64,000 nucleotides of DNA from Bacteroidota bacterium (GTDB lineage Bacteria; Bacteroidota; Bacteroidia; Flavobacteriales; Flavobacteriaceae). Below, in pieces: positions 38,659 through 46,290 of this stretch; position 1 is the stretch's first letter, and each line of letters starts with the position of its first letter. The notes beneath the pieces were generated by a model. The model did no database searches. It was not told the origin of the DNA and worked only from the letters and a program-made list of their open reading frames with translations. The stretch spans positions 24,208-88,207 of the forward strand of contig JAEXIT010000005.1 in the NCBI GenBank assembly GCA_023446155.1, in the 5' to 3' direction. The position numbers and the translations under genes are program-made.

Positions 38659-39354
38659 ATGGCAGAAGATATTAAGGAAATAAAGAAATTGGTTAAGGAT
38701 AATTGGGTTGATGCTTTCCCTGAATTATCTGCATTTGCTCACAATAAATTTTACAAAGTAGTAGGTTGTTTTGTTGTTGGAATTGAAGCCGTAAATATTC
38801 CTAATATTGAAGGGTATAAACCTCACTTTGTAGCCTATCCATTATGGAAAGAGGACATAAAAAAGTGTTTAGATACTCCTTCGCTTTACATATGTGTAGA
38901 AGATCAAAAAAAGTTTCAATTTTCTATACCTTATCTGAAGCATGGTGTTTTGATTAGTGAAGCTGTCGAATGTTTTAAAAAGCAAATTCCAATTTCCTTA
39001 AATGGCAATATCAATTTGAAATCCTTGTTTGATTTAGTAGATAGTCGTTTTAATGATATTTTGGTTAAATCAAATTCTGCACAACAAGCGAAATTATTTG
39101 AGTTGAAATTTTATTCAGCTCTGTATGTAGGAAGTCAAAGCCAAGTACAAAATGTATTAAATCAAATTGAGCAGTCAGGCAAAAGTTGGAATATGAATAT
39201 GTTTGAAATGTGGTATGGTAAATTTGATGTGTGGTTGCAAGGGCTACGACAAAAAGTAAGTAACCGAGAAGATTTTTTAAAACAGATAGAAGAGAATAAA
39301 CAGGATAAAAAAATATCACAGTTGAAAAGTTCTGAACTTACAACATATGACTAA
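38659..39354 (+). CDS. Putative immunity protein 2 (paralog of 36238..36924)
   Basis: Shares W..AFP.LS..A.NK.YK.VG and DFLKQIE.NKQDKKI..L.SSEL. Confidence 0.85.
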   Translation: MAEDIKEIKKLVKDNWVDAFPELSAFAHNKFYKVVGCFVVGIEAVNIPNIEGYKPHFVAYPLWKEDIKKCLDTPSLYICVEDQKKFQFSIPYLKHGVLISEAVECFKKQIPISLNGNINLKSLFDLVDSRFNDILVKSNSAQQAKLFELKFYSALYVGSQSQVQNVLNQIEQSGKSWNMNMFEMWYGKFDVWLQGLRQKVSNREDFLKQIEENKQDKKISQLKSSELTTYD

Positions 39355-39389
39355 TCCTAAAATAGGTTGACAGATTTTAAGACAAGTCT
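39348..39389. repeat. Junction palindrome J3
   Basis: TGACTAATCCTAAAATAGGTTGACAGATTTTAAGACAAGTCT; overlaps the immunity stop codon. Confidence 0.8.
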
Positions 39390-39401
39390 CCTTTACTAAA
39401 A

Positions 39402-39572
39402 AGAAGCGTTCAGGATGGTAGTAGGCGTAACCTCAACGGTACGCCTACCGCCACAGAAGAGGGCGCTTTAGCGTTTGGGTCGTTACCGTTATGGTTTATA
39501 GGAGGTAATGTTGGCGCGACACAAGCAGAGGCAAGTACCAAATTGTTGGAGCAAACCGGGCAAGTTGCGAAA
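39402..39572 (+). repeat. 171-bp pre-toxin repeat, copy 4 (ATG changed to AGG)
   Basis: AGTAGGCGT at 39420-39428 versus AGTATGCGT in other copies. Confidence 0.95.
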
Positions 39573-39893
39573 ACGAGTAGCCAGATATTGAGTTGGGGAA
39601 ATAATGCAAAAGGGCATTTAGTAAAACACGCTGATGTACTAGGATTTGGAGGACACACTCCTCAACAACTTCAAAAAATGTTACCCCAATTAAGGGGTGC
39701 TGCAAATCAACTGTATAACAATATTAATCCTGCATTGACTCGACTAGGTCGTTGGGGTGGACAAACCGATGATGTATTAATGCACATTACAAATAATGGA
39801 AAAATGATGATTACAAAACAAAATGGCGAGTTCATTACTGTGATAAACAAGACATCAAATAATTGGTATCAACTTGCTAAGCCAATAAAATAA
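39423..39893 (+). pseudogene. Orphan toxin tip 3 (colicin D/BECR-like RNase), start codon lost, frame intact
   Basis: KHADVLG...GRWGG...MITKQNGEFIT; only an internal TTG (39543) is available as a start. Confidence 0.7.
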
Positions 39894-39899
39894 TTTTGT

Positions 39900-40430
39900 A
39901 TGACAGAGTTTAAAAAATTAATTAAGAAAAAGGTCTCTAGGTTGTTTCTTGTTATATGGGCTCCATGGGGAGAAGAAAAAGAATCTGATATTGATATATC
40001 TTTTGGTTTCGTTTTTAAAGATGAATCCGATAAACTGTGTGTTATAAGTGTAAATAAGGATGACTTATGGTCGCCCTATATTTCTTATGAACCGCTTCCT
40101 ATAAGTAATTATACTTGGGAAGATTTTTATCCTAGAATAAAAATGTGGATGAAAGCTAAAGATGATAATTTAATTATTGATAAAGAGTATTATGAAGTAA
40201 CCAAAAGTGATAGATTTAAATCAATTACTGGTGCCGAAATTGAAGGAATAGAATTCATAAGCATAGAAGGCAATACAGAACCATTAGGTGTTAAAATATT
40301 TTTTAAAGATGATTGTATTATTTCTATACCTAATTCTGACGGTAATACAGTAGAAACAAAAGCATTCAATAAGAATAATAGTATTGAAAATTTTAAACAC
40401 TTGGGAAACATAATATATTCAAGAGTATAA
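39900..40430 (+). CDS. Putative immunity protein 3
   Basis: Starts 6 bp after the tip 3 stop; AT-rich. Confidence 0.8.
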   Translation: MTEFKKLIKKKVSRLFLVIWAPWGEEKESDIDISFGFVFKDESDKLCVISVNKDDLWSPYISYEPLPISNYTWEDFYPRIKMWMKAKDDNLIIDKEYYEVTKSDRFKSITGAEIEGIEFISIEGNTEPLGVKIFFKDDCIISIPNSDGNTVETKAFNKNNSIENFKHLGNIIYSRV

Positions 40431-40488
40431 TGTCTCATCCTAAAATTTGTCTTATCCTAAAATAGGTTGACAGATTTTTGACAAGTCT
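40431..40488. repeat. Junction palindrome J4 with tandemly duplicated left arm
   Basis: TGTCTCATCCTAAAAT-T-TGTCTTATCCTAAAATAGGTTGACAGATTTTTGACAAGTCT; begins at the base after the stop codon. Confidence 0.8.
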
Positions 40489-40500
40489 TCTTTACTAAAA

Positions 40501-40669
40501 AGAAGCGTTCAGGATGGTAGTGCATAACCTTAACGGTACGCCTACCGCCACAGAAGAGGGTGCTTTAGCGTTTGGGTCGTTACCTTTATGGTTTATTGGC
40601 GGTAATGCGGGGGCGGCGCAAGCAGAGTTAAGTACCAGATTGTTGGGGGAAACAGGAGGAGCCGCTAAG
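40501..40669 (+). repeat. Pre-toxin repeat, copy 5 (2-bp deletion, more diverged 3' end)
   Basis: GGTAGTGCATAAC versus GGTAGTATGCGTAAC. Confidence 0.93.
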
Positions 40670-40939
40670 AAGGTACCTTCTCTTACAGAACAGGCTGTAA
40701 CTCTTAGCCAGAGAATTGGGAAAAACTCTATCACATTAGGTACTCCAACTAAACAGATAAGATTTGATTTAGTAGGAAAGGTTCACGGGAATGTTCCTAC
40801 ACCGCATATGCAGATTTACAATAAGAATTTTGTTAATGGTGTACAGAAAAGTATAAGTCGTGTTTCAAAAGAAGCTGTTCCAATGACACAGCAAGAAATA
40901 AGAATGATTAGAAAATATATAGAAACACTTGGTAAATAA
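40514..40939 (+). CDS. Orphan toxin tip 4 (Ntox24-like)
   Basis: [17 protein letters not shown] resembles the polymorphic toxin type 24 motif. Confidence 0.7.
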   Translation: MVVHNLNGTPTATEEGALAFGSLPLWFIGGNAGAAQAELSTRLLGETGGAAKKVPSLTEQAVTLSQRIGKNSITLGTPTKQIRFDLVGKVHGNVPTPHMQIYNKNFVNGVQKSISRVSKEAVPMTQQEIRMIRKYIETLGK

Positions 40940-40940
40940 T

Positions 40941-41321
40941 ATGATAGCAGCAACGTCAATAGAGTTTTTTAAGAACTTGGCTCAATACGATTACGACAAT
41001 CGTTATTATGACTTTCACAATGATTATGGTTGTGAAAAGTTATCATACTCTAATGGAATACTATTAATGCTATTTAAATCTTTGGTCGATGGGGGGTTAT
41101 TGTCATTCAAGTTTACAGATGTTGTAATAATTACCATAGATTTTTTTAATGTGAAAGAGGTAGAGAATTTAACTTTGGACAATTTATACAGAGGAAGAGT
41201 GGAACTTAATGGGGATGTAATTGAAATTTCAGAAGATGGAAAGGGGTATTTTTATTTGGAATTTTATGAAGGTCAGAAGTTGGAGTTTTGGGCTAAAGGT
41301 ATAGGTTTAGAACAAGAGTAG
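40941..41321 (+). CDS. Putative immunity protein 4
   Basis: ATG at 40941, 1 bp after the tip 4 stop; acidic. Confidence 0.8.
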   Translation: MIAATSIEFFKNLAQYDYDNRYYDFHNDYGCEKLSYSNGILLMLFKSLVDGGLLSFKFTDVVIITIDFFNVKEVENLTLDNLYRGRVELNGDVIEISEDGKGYFYLEFYEGQKLEFWAKGIGLEQE

Positions 41322-41358
41322 GTCAGGCTGCTGCAAAGACGAGTCTCTTTTAACAGAA

Positions 41359-41422
41359 AGAAGCGTTCAGGATGGTAGTATGCGTAACCTAAACGATACG
41401 CCTACCGCCACAGAAGAGGGCG
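41359..41422 (+). repeat. Pre-toxin repeat, truncated copy 6
   Basis: First 64 bp of the repeat; ends 8 bp from the convergent gene's stop. Confidence 0.92.
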
Positions 41423-41430
41423 AGTGCGAT

Positions 41431-42378
41431 TTAATTCCAATTATTCTTTTGCATGATCTCGGTTAAATAGTGCAATTCGTTTTCCCATAAATCATCCGAT
41501 TGCGTTTGCTCCCGGAATTGCAGAATGCTATTTTGGGCATTCACAACCGCATCCCGATACCATGGGAACTCCTGAGCTGTGGCGAGTAATTTAACAACAC
41601 CTTTTAGACTTTCTCCACTTCGGATATACCAAAAGGCATGCTGACTCCTAAAATACGGAGAGTAATAAAACTCTTCGGCAACAGCATTCCAAATGGTTTC
41701 ATCGGCCTCCGGGACAGATAGTAATGCAACGGCATAAACCGATGAGTTGATAATATCATTTTTAAAATCAACCAGCTGTAATACGTTTATTTCGTCGCTC
41801 TTCCATTCATTTCGTAAACTGTTTTCTAAAAGTTTCTGGTAGATCTGATGCGCTTCCTCATGTTGGCCGGTTAAATGAAAGCAATCAGCTAAAGCAATTT
41901 TTGCCTTTTTGTTGTTTTCATCCTGTTCCAGGGCTTTTTGAGCCAGTGCGATACTTTCGTCAAAATGTAACAATATAAAATGACACTTCGCTAAGGATGC
42001 CAATACTTCAGGATCGGTATAATCGGTTTCGTTTAAATTGGACGCAGCAAATTGTAATGCTTTTTCCGGATAGCGGTCAATTACAAAGCGTTCGATGATC
42101 TGCGCTTTTGGAATCCGGTTGAAATAAATCGAATCGAGTGCCGCAAAAATAACTCCGCGTTTATCCCAAGTCGATTGTATGCCTTTCCATTGGTTATAAG
42201 CACCTTCAAATGCATGGGAGGGAGGAATGATATTCCCGTTTTTATCTTTAAATTCATAGACGACATCGCCACCCGTGACGCCGATATAGCGTTTTAGAGC
42301 GTCTTCAAAATCAACGGTAAAGGCTTTGTCTTCGACTATAGGAGTGCTTTTCCCGAATAACCCTTTAAAAAATGACAT
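41431..42378 (-). CDS. Tetratricopeptide repeat protein
   Basis: Probable ATG at 42378 (MSFFKGLFGK); TPR-like helices LASLAKCH...AQKALEQD and ALADCFHLTGQHEEAHQIY. Confidence 0.75.
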   Translation of the reverse strand: MSFFKGLFGKSTPIVEDKAFTVDFEDALKRYIGVTGGDVVYEFKDKNGNIIPPSHAFEGAYNQWKGIQSTWDKRGVIFAALDSIYFNRIPKAQIIERFVIDRYPEKALQFAASNLNETDYTDPEVLASLAKCHFILLHFDESIALAQKALEQDENNKKAKIALADCFHLTGQHEEAHQIYQKLLENSLRNEWKSDEINVLQLVDFKNDIINSSVYAVALLSVPEADETIWNAVAEEFYYSPYFRSQHAFWYIRSGESLKGVVKLLATAQEFPWYRDAVVNAQNSILQFREQTQSDDLWENELHYLTEIMQKNNWN

Positions 42379-42584
42379 ATGTGTTTTGTTTTTTAGATGA
42401 TCAAATAATGTTGTTGCTGGAGCAGCAGTTGGAAGTGCCGTTCCAGACAAATATATTGAAACTAATACGTTGTTTTTTGGGTGTAAATGGTTTTTTAAAA
42501 AAGAGATCTGATTTTGTGATGTCAAATCTGAAATTGTTTTAGATATAACATTTTGCGTTGTGGTAAAAGGTGACGGAAGTCCAT

Positions 42585-42610
42585 AAAAAAAGGGACTGTT
42601 TAACAGTCCC
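42585..42610 (-). terminator. Intrinsic terminator
   Basis: GGGACTGTT-T-AACAGTCCC with a T-run on the minus strand. Confidence 0.8.
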
Positions 42611-42615
42611 CGGGA

Positions 42616-43404
42616 TTATTTTTTGATTACTTTTTGTGTATGCCGATTACCATCGGTGTCGGTGGTTTGTAGGAGATAAACGCCTTTTGACAAGGAGCTG
42701 ATATCGATTTTATCGGAATTAGTGGTTTGAACAAGATTTCCATTCAGGTTATACAACTGATTTTGGGCAATGGAAAGACCACTTATTTGGATATAGTCCT
42801 TTGCCGGATTGGGATATACCGATACAGTTTCCTTTTTCAGATCACGGATGGATAACGTACTCTTGGCAACCAGTTGAATGTCGTCCAAACCGAGTATTGC
42901 GTATTGTTTTTCGGCTGTCATCTCAAAGTTTAGCCGTATAGTCTGACCGGCATAAGCCGATAAGTCGACTTCCTTTTCAAATTTAGCGGTAGGATTGCCA
43001 CCAGTAAATTCGGAATCGCGAAGTAGAATGTCATCAAAATCGATTGTCGCAATTACGATCGTCTGCGAACCTTTGAATATTTTGATTTGAAATTTTCCCG
43101 GTTGGGTTTTATGGGTAACGGCCAGTTTAAGTTTAAGAACCGTGTTGTCCTTAATAAGAAACTCCGGCATTCCAACTCCAAAGATTTCATTGGGCGCAAA
43201 GTTGTAGAATACCAGATATTGATTTTGTGTTCCTGAAAATCGAGCGACTTTTAAGCTGTTATAATTTTGCCATCCTTGCGGAAGAATGTTCGTGACTTGT
43301 TGGTTTTGGGGGATGACCACATTTTCAAAATTTTCGCTATAATAGATGTCTTGTGCAATAGCATTGGTGAAGGCGAATAATAGGGTTACATACAGATACT
43401 TCAT
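42616..43404 (-). CDS. T9SS type A sorting-domain protein (cleaved-adhesin/jelly-roll-like domain)
   Basis: Signal peptide, YSENFE...VDLSAYAGQTIRL.F...LDDI, CTD VYPNPAKD...LSKGVYLL...KVIKK. Confidence 0.88.
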   Translation of the reverse strand: MKYLYVTLLFAFTNAIAQDIYYSENFENVVIPQNQQVTNILPQGWQNYNSLKVARFSGTQNQYLVFYNFAPNEIFGVGMPEFLIKDNTVLKLKLAVTHKTQPGKFQIKIFKGSQTIVIATIDFDDILLRDSEFTGGNPTAKFEKEVDLSAYAGQTIRLNFEMTAEKQYAILGLDDIQLVAKSTLSIRDLKKETVSVYPNPAKDYIQISGLSIAQNQLYNLNGNLVQTTNSDKIDISSLSKGVYLLQTTDTDGNRHTQKVIKK

Positions 43405-43592
43405 ATATAATTATTTAAAATTGAATACTTGATGAGATACAAAATTAATAATTATAACACAAATCACTGTGCTTTTGTTGTGTTTACAACAATTTGAAAG
43501 GGTTTAAAGTGTGCTCCGTTCTTCTTTTTGGAAGAAAAAGAAGAATCAAAAACTAATGATAGTAATGTTTTAGAGTGTTGGTTGTGATTGGG

Positions 43593-45632
43593 TTATAGCG
43601 GGAAAACGGCTTCGATCTGTGTCCCTTTTCCAATATTGGATTTAATATGTAATTCCCCTTTTAAAGCCGTGATTCGTTCGGTCATGTTTTTAATGCCAAT
43701 CCCTTTTTTGGCAATTTTAAGGTCAAAACCGGCACCATCGTCGCTAATGATTAATTGTAGTTTGCCGGTTTCGGTAAGGGTAAGGGTCACAAAGGCGTTC
43801 TTGGCGTTTGCATATTTGTTGATATTCAGGATGCCTTCCTGTATGATGCGATAGATGTTAATCTTGGTGGTGTTCGCAACGGTGTTCCAGTCGATGTCTT
43901 CGTCGATTTCATAGTGGAAATCTGTAGTGTTAATGTTTTCCTGGTTTTTGATCAGGAAGCTTAATAACTCGGTAAAGTTGCGCTCTTCAAAATAGGAGTT
44001 CTTGGTTAGGTCGTGCGAAATTGTACGAATTTCCTTTTCTATATTTTGAAGTTCCAGAATATATTCTTTTCGTTTTTCCGTTGCTTTTTCGTCGGCTTTA
44101 TTATTAAAAAATCCAAGGTTCATCCGAACACCATAGATCTTATTCATAATATTATCGTGCAATTCCATGGCAATCCGGGTTTTTTCCTCTTCTTTAGCCG
44201 TATTCACTTTTTCCTGTTGTTCTACAAGCAGGTGATAGATTTCTTCGTTGGCTTCCTGTTGCTGTTGGATTAACTGAAGCTCTTTGTTTTTGGCTTTTAA
44301 ATGACGGATAATTCCTAAAGCGGTTACCACAAAAATAAAAAAGGCTGCACCAAGTAATATATAAAGATTTCGTTTGGTTAAAACTTCGTTTTCTTCTTCC
44401 AGTCGTTCTGTTTCATACGCAATACGGGCATATTTGTTTCGGGTAGCACGTTCCTTTTTCTGTAAGCTATCGCTAACGGCAATATATTCATCAGAATACT
44501 GCTGACTTCTACTGGTGTCAATTTTCGACAAGAGTTTTAAACAACGCAATAGTTCGTAATAACTCTTGGTATCATTAGCAAGTTGATAGCTCTCCTTTAA
44601 CGTTACGATCGATTGTAGGGTGTCTTTTTGGATGAGGTAAAATTCGCCCAATTGTACTTTGCTATAGGCAACTCCCGCCTGATTTCCCAAGCTATCCCGA
44701 AGATGGATTGACTCGTAAAACATTTCTTTTAGATCTTTAAAATCGCCGGCTTTCATTTTGGAATACGCCAGATTACTCAACGTAGCAGCATAATATTCCG
44801 GGAAAAGTTTGCGGAGGTCTTTAATCGCGATAATCTTTTCGAATTGTTTGATCGCTTTTTGATGTTCTCCGATTTTGTCGTACATATAACCGATATTGTT
44901 CAGCGTCGGGATATAATATCCAAGTATCACTTTCGGATCGGTTTCTTTGAGTTTCAGTTTGTCGTATTCCTTTAATGCCAGTTCGTGGTATTTCAAGGCG
45001 CCATTAAAATCGTTTAAACCCTGAAGGGAATTGGCCAAGATGTTATAAGCGCTATAGGTAAGCTTATAATTGCCGGATTTATTGAGTAATTGTAGCGATT
45101 TACTGGCTTCAATTTCACTTTCAATGTAGTTGCCCTCGCTATAGAGAATCCCGCCTTTATATAATAGCATGCGGCCTACGTTTTCCGAGTCTTTGATACG
45201 GCGGTATATTTTTTCGGCCTGAAGATAGTAATAGAAGGCGCTGTCTTTTTTTATCGGTTCGTAGCAATCGCCAATATAATACAATGCTTTTGCGGTTGCG
45301 ATACTGTCTTTGGCGTCATTGGCCAGGTTAAAAGCTTCTTCGCTAATGATTCGGGAGGTCTGAAAATCGTTGAGACGGTAAAATTCGTCTGCCAGCTGGA
45401 AATGAAAATTCCGGGTTATGGAGTCGTTTTTGCGAAGCGAAATCTCATGAAAAATAGAGTCCAACAGGACTTTCTTTTTTGATAGGGATTTCTGATTGTT
45501 ATTCGCGTCTTTGAACAGCGCATTTATTTTTTTATCCGAAACAGCAATGTCACTTTTTTTGTTCATCTCACAGGAGAACATCAGAAAACAGAGGATAAGA
45601 CAAAATATAAATTTCGAGGCTGGGGCGTTCAA
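43593..45632 (-). CDS. TPR-containing sensor histidine kinase (HisKA_3)
   Basis: Lipoprotein-like signal (LMFSC), TPR array, one TM, RIAMELHD, YRIIQEGILNINKYA, DDGAGF, GIGIKNM. Confidence 0.93.
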   Translation of the reverse strand: MNAPASKFIFCLILCFLMFSCEMNKKSDIAVSDKKINALFKDANNNQKSLSKKKVLLDSIFHEISLRKNDSITRNFHFQLADEFYRLNDFQTSRIISEEAFNLANDAKDSIATAKALYYIGDCYEPIKKDSAFYYYLQAEKIYRRIKDSENVGRMLLYKGGILYSEGNYIESEIEASKSLQLLNKSGNYKLTYSAYNILANSLQGLNDFNGALKYHELALKEYDKLKLKETDPKVILGYYIPTLNNIGYMYDKIGEHQKAIKQFEKIIAIKDLRKLFPEYYAATLSNLAYSKMKAGDFKDLKEMFYESIHLRDSLGNQAGVAYSKVQLGEFYLIQKDTLQSIVTLKESYQLANDTKSYYELLRCLKLLSKIDTSRSQQYSDEYIAVSDSLQKKERATRNKYARIAYETERLEEENEVLTKRNLYILLGAAFFIFVVTALGIIRHLKAKNKELQLIQQQQEANEEIYHLLVEQQEKVNTAKEEEKTRIAMELHDNIMNKIYGVRMNLGFFNNKADEKATEKRKEYILELQNIEKEIRTISHDLTKNSYFEERNFTELLSFLIKNQENINTTDFHYEIDEDIDWNTVANTTKINIYRIIQEGILNINKYANAKNAFVTLTLTETGKLQLIISDDGAGFDLKIAKKGIGIKNMTERITALKGELHIKSNIGKGTQIEAVFPL

Positions 45633-45668
45633 AATGGTTGCGAATTAGGGATTGTTCAAAAATAATAT

Positions 45669-45716
45669 AAAAAACCTAGGCAATATAAGTTAATATCGCA
45701 ACTTATATTGCCTAGG
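45669..45716 (-). terminator. Terminator between peptide gene and kinase
   Basis: Perfect 17-bp arms CCTAGGCAATATAAGTT/AACTTATATTGCCTAGG with a minus-strand T-run; a TATTTTTG promoter element for the kinase follows at 45657-45664. Confidence 0.8.
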
Positions 45717-45739
45717 CCGAAAAAATGTTTCGTTTTGTA

Positions 45740-45991
45740 TTATCTTTTTGGAGGGTTAAGTGTTCCACCTCCGTTATCGTCAAGATTCGGGCTGATTGGT
45801 TCCGTAGTTGTATTTGGAGTATAGCTCGGAAGCATACTTGTTGAGTCGGCAGCAGTACCACGCATCATATCGTCATTAGTATTGAATTTTCGGGCACTGG
45901 TTTCTTGCGTTACATCATACTCATCCGTTGAACATGAAAATGTTAATCCGCCAACAATGATAAGTGTCAAAATAAAAAGAGCTTTTTTCAT
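45740..45991 (-). CDS. Small lipoprotein, candidate signalling-peptide precursor
   Basis: MKKALFILTLIIVGGLTFS-C lipobox, low-complexity body, tail DDNGGGTLNPPKR; directly upstream of the TPR kinase. Confidence 0.8.
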   Translation of the reverse strand: MKKALFILTLIIVGGLTFSCSTDEYDVTQETSARKFNTNDDMMRGTAADSTSMLPSYTPNTTTEPISPNLDDNGGGTLNPPKR

Positions 45992-46179
45992 AAAAAAATA
46001 TTTTAATGTTAAGAAATGGGGTTGCTACAACATTTTTGTGGTGTAGTGGTATTTGATTTGTTTTTTTGCTGAAAGTTGGGATTACTTACCAGTATTACTA
46101 AAGATGTCATGTGTAAAGCATGTTCCCGCATCTTAGTAATCGTTTAAAGCCTTAAATTGTTCCGTCATTATTACAGTTA

Positions 46180-46260
46180 CAAAATTATAGTAGGAAGGCA
46201 TAGTTTTGGTAATCATTAATCTTGTATTTAGTGGTTGTAAGGCGTTTGCTAGTGGATGTA
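46180..46260 (-). promoter_or_regulatory. Peptide-gene promoter (-7 TAATTTTG) with candidate LytTR direct repeats TACA(T/A)CCACTA
   Basis: -7 element at 46180-46187; repeats at 46229-46239 and 46250-46260 (10/11 identical, 21-bp period). Confidence 0.6.
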
Positions 46261-46290
46261 TCATTTGTACGTGTAAACAATAGGTTTTTA

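Noticed and set aside
36912..40488. Intact IS element or integron in the array
   Set aside because: No transposase or integrase ORF lies between or near the inverted repeats, and the elements lack clear attC RYYYAAC/GTTRRRY ends. Reported only as IS-end-like sites.
36978..40734. Mutually similar antisense ORFs (36978, 39410, 40495)
   Set aside because: They are reverse-strand shadows of the coding repeat.
35733..41422. CRISPR array interpretation of the repeats
   Set aside because: The repeats are 171 bp and protein-coding, the intervening segments are ~0.7-1.1 kb gene pairs, and there are no cas genes.
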